From an uncultured Candidatus Saccharibacteria bacterium (GTDB taxonomy: Bacteria > Patescibacteriota > Minisyncoccia > Phycocordibacterales > CAIZLB01): a DNA stretch of 63,650 nt. The notes under the pieces were generated by a model. The model saw nothing but the letters and a program-made list of their open reading frames with translations. It ran no database searches and was not told where the DNA came from. The stretch spans positions 104,114 to 167,763 of the forward strand of contig CAZVIP010000001.1 of the NCBI GenBank assembly GCA_964627085.1. The letters run 5' to 3'. Positions 28,149 through 36,808 of this stretch are shown here, piece by piece. Position 1 is the first letter of the stretch; every line of letters begins with the position of its first letter. The position numbers were made by a program, and so were the translations under genes.

Positions 28149-30633
28149 AAGATAATAAATCGCGTAGTGGTTTTTTGTCTGTTCGCCACAGAATGCTCGC
28201 AAGTAGTAATACAAATAATAGAATCAGACCTAATGCTAGTATAAGCTCAACATCAAAAAAGACAATATTATTGATCTTGAGGTAAAGTTTCGTGATGAAT
28301 ACAGTTGCAATGACTGCTGTTAAATAACCTAGAAGACCGCCGATTAAAGTGGTGGAAATTGTCTCAAGATAATAGAGTTTCTCAATAAATGTCTTCTTGG
28401 CTCCAAGAGCAAGGAGTTGTGCGCTTTGTTTTCTTCTGCCTGCAAATGAGGAAATAATAAGGGTGACTATCAAGAACAGTGCCAAAATCAAAGGTGGTAA
28501 AGTGATAACGAATATTATGACCAAAAGCCCGTCAATGATATTGGTCGCCAGAATTCTGATTTCGCTCGTATCAACTGTCGATACATTTGGGAAATCTGTA
28601 GCCAGGAACTGTGTAAATGTATCTTTTTCAGAATTATCAAGATATGTATAGCCGAAAAAAGTGGCAGGGTATTTATCAAGATCAACCGGATTGAATACAA
28701 AAAAGAAGAAGGGCAGACCACTACGTGAGTCAGACTCTCTGATACTTGTCACGATGCTCTCTACTTCAAAACCCGAAACCGAGAATACCACCCTAGAGCC
28801 CAGTTTTATATTTGCTCTATCGGCAAAATCTTTATCTACCGACACTTCGTTTTTCTTGCCAGTTAGCCAATCACCCTGTATTACTTTTTCATTTGGGAGC
28901 AAATCGGTGCGATAGGTCAAATTATATTCTCGGCCAAACTCTCTGCTGACAGAACCATCGCCTAGTGCGACGCCTTTTTGTATATCAAGTCCATCAATGA
29001 AAAGTAGTCTCGCACCAACGTTCGGGAACATGGTGATCTCAGGAAAATTCTCTTGTATCTTTTCAGTCTGTGATTTTTGAATATCAATTACATAGACAGA
29101 AGGGAGTTTTTCTCCGAGGTCTGCCTTGATGTAATTACCCAAATTTGATTGTAAAAGGATTAGTAGTGAAAGCGAGGCGAGTGCAACATAGAGTGAAGTT
29201 AGTGAGACGACTCCAAATAATCCGTCTTTATGTTTGTATGATATGAGGGTCCTCGTCAAAAACTTAAATTTGTTTCTATTTTTATAGAACAGGCGAATGA
29301 TGTAGTAAAAGACGATGGCTAATACTATATAGATGATTACGATGATAGCTATACTGAGTAGGCCATAAGTGAAACTCTCAAGCAAAAAGATGGCAACAAG
29401 TGCGAGTGGTATCAGTGTTGATATAGTGATGACAAAGAAATTCGCTAAGGGTTTTTTCTCTCGGATATCGTCTCCGCCTGAGAGCAGTATCTTGGGATTT
29501 AGACTCATCAGGTTTTTAAGACTAGGTAGGAATGAGGCAAAAGAAATACTAAATATGACAAGTAATGTGAATGTTGCAGGCAATAATAAATCAACAAAAG
29601 GCAGTGCAAGGCCAAAGTTGTTTTTGACAAACTCCAGGATAGAGTTAAATAGGATGACAGAAAAGAATCCACCGACTATGGTTGAGAGAATTAAAATATA
29701 TAGCAATGACAAGGAGAGTGTGGTGACTAGCTTTTTTTTATTGAAACCCAGAGCTAGTAAAACGGCAAAACTTTTTTTCATCATCGATAGTAGATAGAGC
29801 ATGCCCGCATAAATATTTACTGCAGACAGAACACAAGAAAGTAAGACCGCTAAAACAAGAAACTGCTCCACTAAAGAAAGGCCTTCTACTAAGCCAGACT
29901 TGGTGATACCTGCAACTTGAACCTGTACACCGAGGTCTTTTGATCGTGTTATTACTTCACGTAGCTTGCCCGCATCGGTCTTTTCTACTAGATATACATA
30001 TGTATACTCTGACACGAGTAGCGACTTATCTATATTTGCCCGTGAGAATCCTTCTGCGCTGATATATACCTTGGGTAAGAAACTAAACCCTGACAAGAGA
30101 GACTTGCTATCTTTTTCGATCACCCCAGCGACTACATATGCAGTGTTTGCATATTGGATTGTCTCTCCAACTTTTACATTGAGCTTTTTTTCGGCATTAA
30201 TGTCTATATAGATTTCATTGCTGCCAGGGGTGTTGAATGTATTGTTTCTGATTGAAAGCCCTCCATAAACTGGAAAGTTATTATCTACAACAGTCATGGA
30301 GATCGGCGTGCTCAAATCGTCCTTTGTGATAATACCTGAGAAATTGTATTGCAAAGAAGATGTTGAGACCTTGATATCAGCACCAATCACATCGGCGAGT
30401 TGATTTTCTGTCAGTTGATAATTTGACTCAATTGATATGTCTCCACCGACGAGCTCTTTATTTTTTTCCTGCAAAAAGATTGAGCTTGAATTAGTAAAAA
30501 GTAATACAGTAAAAACAATTAATGTAGTGAAAGACAATGATAAAAATGGCAAAACAAAACCCTTCCATTGCCTCCAAAGTATACGGAAACTGAATTTAAA
30601 TATTGTTTTTAGATTAGACATTTTTTCTTTCAT
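28135..30633 (-). CDS. ABC transporter permease with two FtsX domains (YbbP-like)
   Basis: 832 aa with two 4-TM FtsX-type modules, each preceded by a large extracytoplasmic loop. It is translationally coupled to the upstream ATPase by a 20-nt overlap. Confidence 0.8.
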   Translation of the reverse strand: MKEKMSNLKTIFKFSFRILWRQWKGFVLPFLSLSFTTLIVFTVLLFTNSSSIFLQEKNKELVGGDISIESNYQLTENQLADVIGADIKVSTSSLQYNFSGIITKDDLSTPISMTVVDNNFPVYGGLSIRNNTFNTPGSNEIYIDINAEKKLNVKVGETIQYANTAYVVAGVIEKDSKSLLSGFSFLPKVYISAEGFSRANIDKSLLVSEYTYVYLVEKTDAGKLREVITRSKDLGVQVQVAGITKSGLVEGLSLVEQFLVLAVLLSCVLSAVNIYAGMLYLLSMMKKSFAVLLALGFNKKKLVTTLSLSLLYILILSTIVGGFFSVILFNSILEFVKNNFGLALPFVDLLLPATFTLLVIFSISFASFLPSLKNLMSLNPKILLSGGDDIREKKPLANFFVITISTLIPLALVAIFLLESFTYGLLSIAIIVIIYIVLAIVFYYIIRLFYKNRNKFKFLTRTLISYKHKDGLFGVVSLTSLYVALASLSLLILLQSNLGNYIKADLGEKLPSVYVIDIQKSQTEKIQENFPEITMFPNVGARLLFIDGLDIQKGVALGDGSVSREFGREYNLTYRTDLLPNEKVIQGDWLTGKKNEVSVDKDFADRANIKLGSRVVFSVSGFEVESIVTSIRESDSRSGLPFFFFVFNPVDLDKYPATFFGYTYLDNSEKDTFTQFLATDFPNVSTVDTSEIRILATNIIDGLLVIIFVITLPPLILALFLIVTLIISSFAGRRKQSAQLLALGAKKTFIEKLYYLETISTTLIGGLLGYLTAVIATVFITKLYLKINNIVFFDVELILALGLILLFVLLLASILWRTDKKPLRDLLSYEEH

Positions 30634-31309
30634 GTAGATTCTTATCTTTTAGTTCAATTATTCTGTCCATCATATTTGCTATCTCCATATCATGGGTGAT
30701 GATGATAAGGGTTTTTGATCTCTTGCTCACTTCTCTAAGCAGTAATTCTAGGATTAATCCACCGGTTTTGCGGTCGAGGCTTCCAGTCGGTTCATCTGCA
30801 AGAATAATAGCTGTATTCGATGCTAGTGCCCTTGCGATCGCAACTCTTTGTTTTTCCCCTCCAGACAATGTATTTGGAAAAGAGTCTTTACGGCCACCAA
30901 GACCAATTTCTTGCAATAGAGCATCTGCGGTTTCGTTTATGGTTTTGTCAGAAATCCCACCTCGTATATCAAGGGGTGCTTTTATGTTCTCTAGTGCAGT
31001 GAATGGACTAATTAATTCAAAAGATTGAAAAATGATAGAAATCTCATTGTTGCGATAATTTGCTAGTGCATTTTCTGATAAATTACTAAGTGCGACGTCT
31101 TTTACAAATATTTCGCCCTCGGTTGCTTTATCAAGGCCTGCAACCAAGGAGAGGAGCGTTGACTTGCCGCTACCAGAAGCTCCAACGATGGCAACTTTTT
31201 CACCTTCTTTAATTTCAAGGTTCGTATTTTCAAAGATGACCAAAGATTCAGCGTTAGTGGTGAATTCTTTTTTTAGATTATTGATCTTAATTATTGTTTT
31301 TTTATCCAT
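30614..31309 (-). CDS. ABC transporter ATP-binding protein (YbbA/LolD/MacB-ATPase-like)
   Basis: Walker A GASGSGKST, signature LSGGEKQR, Walker B ILADEPT and H-loop ITHD. Confidence 0.9.
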   Translation of the reverse strand: MDKKTIIKINNLKKEFTTNAESLVIFENTNLEIKEGEKVAIVGASGSGKSTLLSLVAGLDKATEGEIFVKDVALSNLSENALANYRNNEISIIFQSFELISPFTALENIKAPLDIRGGISDKTINETADALLQEIGLGGRKDSFPNTLSGGEKQRVAIARALASNTAIILADEPTGSLDRKTGGLILELLLREVSKRSKTLIIITHDMEIANMMDRIIELKDKNLHERKNV

Positions 31310-31467
31310 TTTGTTTAAAATTTGAGAGCATGATATGTGGGTAGTTTAACAAACTTTTGTGTATAAACTAAGCCTTTTGGTCGGGGGTGATTTTTGAAAT
31401 AAAGATTATATTTTTGAAATCGCAGTAACCCTCAAATACCTCTATAAATAAGGGTTTTTCTAATAGT

Positions 31468-32019
31468 TTGAGTGAATTCTCCCAGAGTGCATTTAAGTGG
31501 TATGATATGACTTATATGTCTCTGCTTTCATTCTTACGCCGCCAACGCGGTGTCTTCTTGGCTCGGTTGGAATTGATGATAGTTGTTCTTGTCCCAGCTG
31601 CTACGCTCTTCCTTCTTGTGGGTTGGTTTATTGATGCTAATCCGAAATATTCCAGCATTGGTGTATATATTATTGCGTTCGGTCCACTTGTAATTGCATT
31701 GGTATATTACATCTTTAAATACATAGCTTCGCGGCGTGATGGAGACAAAATAAATTTGCAGAGTGAGGTAAGGGAACCGACAGTAAACGGAAACGCTGTT
31801 GTGAGCAATGTTGGGGCAAGAAAAAATATTATACTTGGAATCGTTGTATTGTTTAGTGTGAGCGTGTTTGTATTCATCACTCTAAATATCATTGGATTCA
31901 ATGATTTGAATTTAGCTCAGACAAGTGACAAAGAAAAACTTATTTCGAGTTTTGTCTTAGGTCTTATTGCGGCTTCTGTGTTTTTTGAGAAAGCGTGGAA
32001 GTCGAGGTGGGGGAGGTGA
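31468..32019 (+). CDS. membrane protein, function unknown
   Basis: Four hydrophobic helices. TTG start in the ORF track, with ATG alternatives downstream. The last roughly 8 nt overlap a copy of the tRNA-Ser 3' end. Confidence 0.45.
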   Translation: MSEFSQSAFKWYDMTYMSLLSFLRRQRGVFLARLELMIVVLVPAATLFLLVGWFIDANPKYSSIGVYIIAFGPLVIALVYYIFKYIASRRDGDKINLQSEVREPTVNGNAVVSNVGARKNIILGIVVLFSVSVFVFITLNIIGFNDLNLAQTSDKEKLISSFVLGLIAASVFFEKAWKSRWGR

Positions 32020-32215
32020 GATTCCTCTTCAGTCGTGTTTTCTGCTTCGCTTTGCTCAGATCGAAAACACTCATTCAGAGTCGGGTCATAAAATGTGAGA
32101 TTCGGTCACAAATAATTTCTTCGCCGTCGCTCAGAAATTTTTGCGACCCCGACTCGCGACCTCGCCTGCTGGCTCGGTATACGCTCCGTCTTTCTCATCA
32201 GCACAACCTCTCGAC
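32012..32215 (-). repeat. tRNA-Ser-linked structured repeat region, a rearranged relative of the tRNA-Arg/His-flank elements
   Basis: Read on the minus strand downstream of tRNA-Ser, it contains gtcgagagg (compare gctcgagagg at 36584). It shares the motif gagcgacggcgaagaaattatttgtgacc (24/29 identical to 36707-36735). It has a hairpin gtgttttc...aagcgaagca gaaaacac. It carries two direct copies of the tRNA-Ser T-arm 3' half (gaatctcac; plus-strand 32095-32105 and 32012-32024). Confidence 0.5.
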
Positions 32216-32220
32216 AAAAT

Positions 32221-32255
32221 AAAAACACATTGCAGCAGTGCAATGTGTTTTTATT
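32221..32255. terminator. hairpin terminator downstream of tRNA-Ser
   Basis: aaaaacacattgc-agca-gtgcaatgtgttttt, flanked by A/T runs on both sides. Confidence 0.6.
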
Positions 32256-32261
32256 TTGATG

Positions 32262-32348
32262 CGGAGGAGGTGAGATTCGAACTCACGGGCCCCGTAAAGA
32301 GCCTCCTGTTTTCAAGACAGGTGCAATCGACCTCTCTGCCACTCCTCC
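32262..32348 (-). tRNA. tRNA-Ser (anticodon UGA), class II with a long variable arm
   Basis: The reverse complement ggaggagtggcagagaggtcgattgcacctgtcttgaaaacaggaggctctttacggggcccgtgagttcgaatctcacctcctccg has anticodon loop ctTGAaa and an extra arm ggctctttacggggcc. Confidence 0.9.
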
Positions 32349-32588
32349 GTAATCCGATTTGGTGTCGATTTTGATTGACACACAAGGTGGGTCAATCGGC
32401 CAAATAGGTGTCTGAGATAAATATCTCTTTGACCGATACATATTCGCATATTTCCAGGATATTTTCAATAGGGGGTATTTTCCAGCTTCTTTACTGGGCT
32501 CCAGGGGATTTACTAAGACAAGGTGGCGACCCAGAGCCTTTCTGTACTATACCTCTTATACTCTTTGGTATACACTGTCATCATGCAA

Positions 32589-33107
32589 ATGGCTGAAGCT
32601 AAAATACTAGGTATCGATCTTGGGACAAAAAGGGTAGGGGTTGCTTATTCAAATGTGGAGATGGATTTCGCTTTTCCTCTAAAAGTGATAAAAATCCAGA
32701 ACATACAATTAAATATAGAAAAACTTGCCGAAGATATTGTGCAGATTTTTAATGAGATAAATCCTGGCCTGGCAAAAGCAGACCGGCTTGATGTGGGTAG
32801 TGTAAGTGCAGGCGCGGGTGTGGGGGTGAGTGGGGTGAATATGGGTACGGGTGACGGTGTCGCCACAAACCCTAGAAAAATTATCATCGGCGATTCAAAA
32901 AATTTCAAAGGGGCAGAAAATCCGATTATGGTTTGGGTGCATGAGCTCAAAAAGATATTGCAAGCTAGAGGCTTTGATGTGCACCTTGTTCCAGAATTTA
33001 TGACCAGCGCTGAGGCATCGAGATTCCAAGGGGATACAAAACTACTAGATGCATCTGCTGCGACAATAATTTTACAAAGCTATCTAGACACAATTAATTC
33101 AAAATAA
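32589..33107 (+). CDS. ruvX: Holliday junction resolvase-like RNase YqgF/RuvX
   Basis: MAEAKILGIDLGTKRVGVAYS N-terminus and C-terminus EFMTSAEA...DASAATIILQSYLD. It contains a Gly/Val/Ala-rich insertion of about 45 aa. The start is an internal ATG of ORF 32523... Confidence 0.8.
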   Translation: MAEAKILGIDLGTKRVGVAYSNVEMDFAFPLKVIKIQNIQLNIEKLAEDIVQIFNEINPGLAKADRLDVGSVSAGAGVGVSGVNMGTGDGVATNPRKIIIGDSKNFKGAENPIMVWVHELKKILQARGFDVHLVPEFMTSAEASRFQGDTKLLDASAATIILQSYLDTINSK

Positions 33108-33121
33108 TATAAATACATAAT

Positions 33122-33550
33122 ATGAACGATCAAAACACAAACGAACCAAAAGACGAAGTCGTAGAACTTGCACCAGAAACATTGTCAGTGCCTGTGCCAA
33201 CATATATTTCATTTGATGAATTTGCGAAAGTAGAACTCAGAATCGGCAAGGTCTTAACAGCTGAAATTGTGGAGAAATCTGAAAAACTCCTTAAATTAAG
33301 TGTTGATTTTGGTGAAGTTGCGCCGCGACAAGTGGTCTCAGGTATTAGAAAGCAGTTTCAAGATCCAGCAGAACTTGTGGGTAGATGTTTTGTATTTGTT
33401 ACAAACCTTGAACCAAGACCGATTATGGGACTTTTGAGTCAGGCTATGATTGTTGCTGGTAAAAACAATGGTAATGAAAACGGAGAGGGTGCAGGACTCG
33501 GATTGATGAGTCCAACAATTGATTTGACCCCGGGAACTCTTTTGTCATAA
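33122..33550 (+). CDS. tRNA-binding domain protein (CsaA / MetRS C-terminal EMAP-like OB fold)
   Basis: FAKVELRIGKVLTAEIVEKSEKLLKLSVDFGE...RQVVSGI...FVTNLEPR pattern. Confidence 0.75.
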   Translation: MNDQNTNEPKDEVVELAPETLSVPVPTYISFDEFAKVELRIGKVLTAEIVEKSEKLLKLSVDFGEVAPRQVVSGIRKQFQDPAELVGRCFVFVTNLEPRPIMGLLSQAMIVAGKNNGNENGEGAGLGLMSPTIDLTPGTLLS

Positions 33551-33605
33551 TTTTTTGTAAAAGATAAGACAAAAAATAAATGCTCATGTTACAATAGTAG
33601 TAGTA

Positions 33606-34784
33606 ATGAGTCTGAAAAAATGGATTTCAAAATATATCCCATCACCAACCTACATGTCTATGTCGCATGTGGGTGTTGATATTTCTCCGACTTGTATTCA
33701 TATACTTGAGATTGTTAAAAAATCAGCACATCTTGAGCTTGGGCGACACGGTATTGAGCCACTCTCAAGTCCAATTAATTTTAACGAACCACTTTCTGCT
33801 GATGAGGGTTTGGTGACCTCACTTAAAAAGCTACAGAAAAAATATAAGTTAGATTTCGTTGAGATTTCAATCCCTGAGGATCATGCGTATATTTTCACTA
33901 TGGATTTACCTCATGGAACTGAGGAGGAAATACATAATCATATTGAGCTTCACCTAGAGGAAAATGTACCAGTATCACTCGCTGATGCGGTTTACGACTA
34001 TTTTGCAATTGAGAAATTGATTGAAGGTAGAGAAACTGCTGATAGCACAGGTCGATTAGCGGTAGCATCAAAAAATGACCCAGCAACACTTGGTAATGCG
34101 CAAAGTGGTGAGACAACAAATACTTTCCTTGCATCTATCTCCGTTGTCCAAAAATCTCTCATCGAACAATATATTGAATTATTTGAACTTGCAGGCATGA
34201 AACCTGTATCCTTCTTGATTGAAAATCAGGCTCTTTCAAAATCAATTATCAAAAATGGTGTACTTGATACAAAATTGATTGTGCATGTTGGTGAAAATAA
34301 ATCAGTACTCTCAGTTGTGAGTAATGGTTCTGTGCACTTTACTTCAACGGTAAATATTGGGAGTGAGGATTTCACAATAGCTATCATGAAGGAATTTAAT
34401 GTGTCGCGTGAAGAGGCTGTGCGTATGAAAACAGAGAGGGGAACAAATGAAGCAAATCAGAGCAGTATCTTTATGTCTTTAATTAACACCGCATCGGCGC
34501 TCAAGGATGAAATCGATAAGATTATTTTGTATTGGCAAAGTTATATTGCAAAAAGAGGCTACGCCTCTACAAACTCCGTGAACGGTCTAATCCTATCTGG
34601 CCGAGACGCGCTTATTAATGGATTCAAAGAATATTTGATCGCCACAGTTAAATTACCTGTTGAGACTGCAAATGTTTGGTCGAATATTTATAATATAGAA
34701 GACCGGATCCCGGAGATTGATTATATCGATTCGCTTGATTATGCGGTGGCTGTTGGGCTCGCTTTGCCAAAAATTGAAGATTAA
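33606..34784 (+). CDS. pilM: type IV pilus assembly protein PilM (actin-like ATPase fold)
   Basis: 392 aa. An N-terminal VGVDISP acts as the phosphate-1-like motif. It lies in a PilM-N-O order with the two small bitopic proteins that follow. Confidence 0.6.
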   Translation: MSLKKWISKYIPSPTYMSMSHVGVDISPTCIHILEIVKKSAHLELGRHGIEPLSSPINFNEPLSADEGLVTSLKKLQKKYKLDFVEISIPEDHAYIFTMDLPHGTEEEIHNHIELHLEENVPVSLADAVYDYFAIEKLIEGRETADSTGRLAVASKNDPATLGNAQSGETTNTFLASISVVQKSLIEQYIELFELAGMKPVSFLIENQALSKSIIKNGVLDTKLIVHVGENKSVLSVVSNGSVHFTSTVNIGSEDFTIAIMKEFNVSREEAVRMKTERGTNEANQSSIFMSLINTASALKDEIDKIILYWQSYIAKRGYASTNSVNGLILSGRDALINGFKEYLIATVKLPVETANVWSNIYNIEDRIPEIDYIDSLDYAVAVGLALPKIED

Positions 34785-34793
34785 TTTTTACAT

Positions 34794-35351
34794 ATGTTAC
34801 ACCTATTACCAGAATATCAAAAAAGAAAAGTAATTGGCGAGTATCGAATTAGGCTCGGTGTGGTTTTTGTGTGGTCACTTACCGTACTCTCTTGTTTAAG
34901 TGCAATCCTGACTCTGCCTGCATATATTTCAATCATTGGAGAAAAGAACAGTCTCATGGCGGAAAAAAATATCCACCAATCTGTGATCGATGCGGGGAAT
35001 AAGCAAGGTGGTGCAACAAAACTTGATATTACAAAGGCGGTTGAAGCGCTTGCCCCGTATCCAAATCCTTTAGTGCCAACACTTTTCGTGCAGGCACTAA
35101 GTAAGGGTGCAAATGGGATTTCGATTGATGGATACTCTTTGGTCCAAAATAATTCTACTGATCCAGTTGTTGTGGTTTTAAGTGGAAACGCTAGAACCAG
35201 AGAGTCATTATCGAACTATGCTCGCTCATTAAATGAAGTCTTTGGAAATGTAAAGTTGCCATTATCTTCGCTTGCTAAACAAGGGGATATTCCGTTCGAA
35301 TTTAAATTTCAGGCCGACTTTAAAACAGTAATGGAATATATCAAAAAATAA
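34794..35351 (+). CDS. pilN: PilN-like bitopic pilus assembly protein
   Basis: MLHLLPEYQKRK N-terminus (the conserved LLP motif), followed by a single TM and a roughly 130-aa periplasmic domain. Confidence 0.5.
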   Translation: MLHLLPEYQKRKVIGEYRIRLGVVFVWSLTVLSCLSAILTLPAYISIIGEKNSLMAEKNIHQSVIDAGNKQGGATKLDITKAVEALAPYPNPLVPTLFVQALSKGANGISIDGYSLVQNNSTDPVVVVLSGNARTRESLSNYARSLNEVFGNVKLPLSSLAKQGDIPFEFKFQADFKTVMEYIKK

Positions 35352-35352
35352 T

Positions 35353-35907
35353 ATGAAAAATAAAGATATTATTATCCTGGTCACATCATCAGTTTTGCTC
35401 ATCGGTTTTGTTTTTGGAGCACATTATTTTTACAAAAAAACAAATAGTACCAAAGAGGACATTATCAGCTTAAGTGGTGATGTCTCTGCGCTTAAGATCC
35501 AGGCGGATAGATTGATATCGCTCAGACAAGTTGCAGCATCAACAGGGGATGAGCTCACTGAGCTTGCACAATTCTTTGTCCCAGCCGACGGTGCACTTGC
35601 TTTTGTGGAATATGTCGAGAACCTGGCTCAAAAAAGCGCACTCACGTATCGCATCGAATCATTTGATGTTGTCCCTGATCCAAAACTTACTGAACAAGAC
35701 AAGGAATTACTTCGCACCTCTATTCGCACTACAGGTACATTAAAAAATACAAAGCTATTTCTTTCCTTGATTGAATCATTGCCATACAATGTCAAAGTAT
35801 CGAGAGCTGACTTACGAAGGACATCTCCATCGGTGGGTGTGGCGGTAACAAAAGATGAATGGTCACTAATTATTGATTTTACAGTAGTTAAAATCTCAGA
35901 AAAGTAA
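35353..35907 (+). CDS. PilO-like bitopic pilus assembly protein
   Basis: Single N-terminal TM, then a coiled segment and a ferredoxin-like C-terminus. Its start lies 2 nt after the pilN stop. Confidence 0.4.
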   Translation: MKNKDIIILVTSSVLLIGFVFGAHYFYKKTNSTKEDIISLSGDVSALKIQADRLISLRQVAASTGDELTELAQFFVPADGALAFVEYVENLAQKSALTYRIESFDVVPDPKLTEQDKELLRTSIRTTGTLKNTKLFLSLIESLPYNVKVSRADLRRTSPSVGVAVTKDEWSLIIDFTVVKISEK

Positions 35908-35939
35908 AATAAAGATAAAATAGACTCATCAAAACGCAA

Positions 35940-36314
35940 ATGAAAAAAATAGACTTAAAATCAATTAGCTTAAAAAATTTAGGAAAAAACCCAATGCAGG
36001 ATTGGTTTATAGTTGTCTTGGTTTTTTCTGTTTTGTTTTTATTTCTAATTATTTTCTCGGTTATCAATTTTGTCTCAATTAAATCTTTCATCAAAGACGG
36101 TCCTGTTGCAGTAGACGGGGTAGACCGACAAAAAATTAAATCAAAAGAAGAGGAGCTACGAGAGATTATTAATATCTATGTTGAAAAAGAGAAAAGTCAC
36201 GCATCTATTTTCAAAAACTCAAAAGCTGAAATAGAAAAACCTGTTGCAACGACAACTGCTAGTACAACAGCGAGTGTTGCGAGCACGACTGTGCCTGGGG
36301 GTACTGCTCAATAG
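35940..36314 (+). CDS. small bitopic membrane protein (possible further pilus assembly component)
   Basis: Single TM and a Thr/Ala-rich C-terminus. Assignment rests on position only. Confidence 0.3.
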   Translation: MKKIDLKSISLKNLGKNPMQDWFIVVLVFSVLFLFLIIFSVINFVSIKSFIKDGPVAVDGVDRQKIKSKEEELREIINIYVEKEKSHASIFKNSKAEIEKPVATTTASTTASVASTTVPGGTAQ

Positions 36315-36469
36315 GTTCTGTTAAATCTAGGTCAGATTGATTAGTTTGGCTAAAGCAGGTGTTGGGTTCGGGTATCGCGTTTGGTGTGTTTTGCATTGAG
36401 GGTGCCTGACGATTGATTGACCGCGAGCCACCTTGCTGTTATAAATATAGGGTATTTCAAATTTCACAC

Positions 36470-36541
36470 GCTCTCGTAGTTCAATGGATAGAACTGCGGA
36501 CTTCTAAGCCGTTAATGTTGGTTCGATTCCAACCGAGAGCA
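36470..36541 (+). tRNA. tRNA-Arg (anticodon UCU)
   Basis: gctctcgtagttcaatggatagaactgcggacttctaagccgttaatgttggttcgattccaaccgagagca has acceptor gctctcg/cgagagc, anticodon loop ctTCTaa (one A-G mismatch at the base of the stem) and T-arm gttgg-ttcgatt-ccaac. Confidence 0.85.
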
Positions 36542-36581
36542 CACTATAAAAAAACACCCACCCGGGTGTTTTTTTATAGTG
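36542..36581 (+). terminator. long hairpin terminator directly after tRNA-Arg
   Basis: cactataaaaaaacaccc-accc-gggtgtttttttatagtg. Confidence 0.65.
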
Positions 36582-36736
36582 TGCTCGAGAGGAAGCACGG
36601 GGTGCTTCCGTGTTGGAATCGAAGCCTGATTGAGCGCAGTTTGCGAGTGAAGCGAAGCAAAATGCCCAATCAGGGTACTGGCCCCTGTAAGGGGCGATTC
36701 CAACCGAGCGACGGCGAGGGGATTATCTGTGGCCAC
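36582..36736 (+). ncRNA. candidate structured element (tRNA-flank element, Arg copy, 'filled'), five helices plus a conserved tail motif
   Basis: tgctcg(P1)-agag-gaagca/cgggg/tgcttc(P2)-cgt-gttggaatc(P3)-gaag-cctgattg(P4)-agc-gcagtttgc/gagtgaagcgaa/gcaaaatgc-c-caatcagg(P4')-gtact-g-gcccc/tgtaa/ggggc(P5)-gattccaac(P3')-cgagcg(P1'). The tail is acggcgaggggattatctgtggccac. The helices covary with the His copy at 44343-44476. Confidence 0.5.
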
Positions 36737-36808
36737 AAAACTGAGACAGACCGAGAGGTTTGAAATATAAGAAAAGACCCCACGATTTTACTCGTAGGGT
36801 CCTGAGGA

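Noticed and set aside
32185-32210. A hammerhead-ribozyme-like CUGAUGA ... GAAA string on the minus strand, downstream of tRNA-Ser (gctgatgagaaagac).
   Set aside because: There is no stem II between CUGAUGA and GAAA and no stem I/III partners or NUH cleavage site. The match to the core is most likely chance.
36603-36694. The 92-nt insert at the tRNA-Arg flank interpreted as a group I or group II intron.
   Set aside because: It is far too small. It lacks a GUGYG start, a domain V-like motif and the P3-P9 core. The upstream junction nucleotide cannot be a U, since only c or g are possible given the GGGG ambiguity. Base pairing to both flanks is retained as an observation only.
36413-36763. ORFs 36413..36763(+), 36512..36736(-) and 37781..38083(-) called in the ORF track.
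   Set aside because: They run through a tRNA gene, its terminator hairpin and the repeated flank element. The shared MATDNPLAV... peptides arise simply from translating the repeat. They are not coding.
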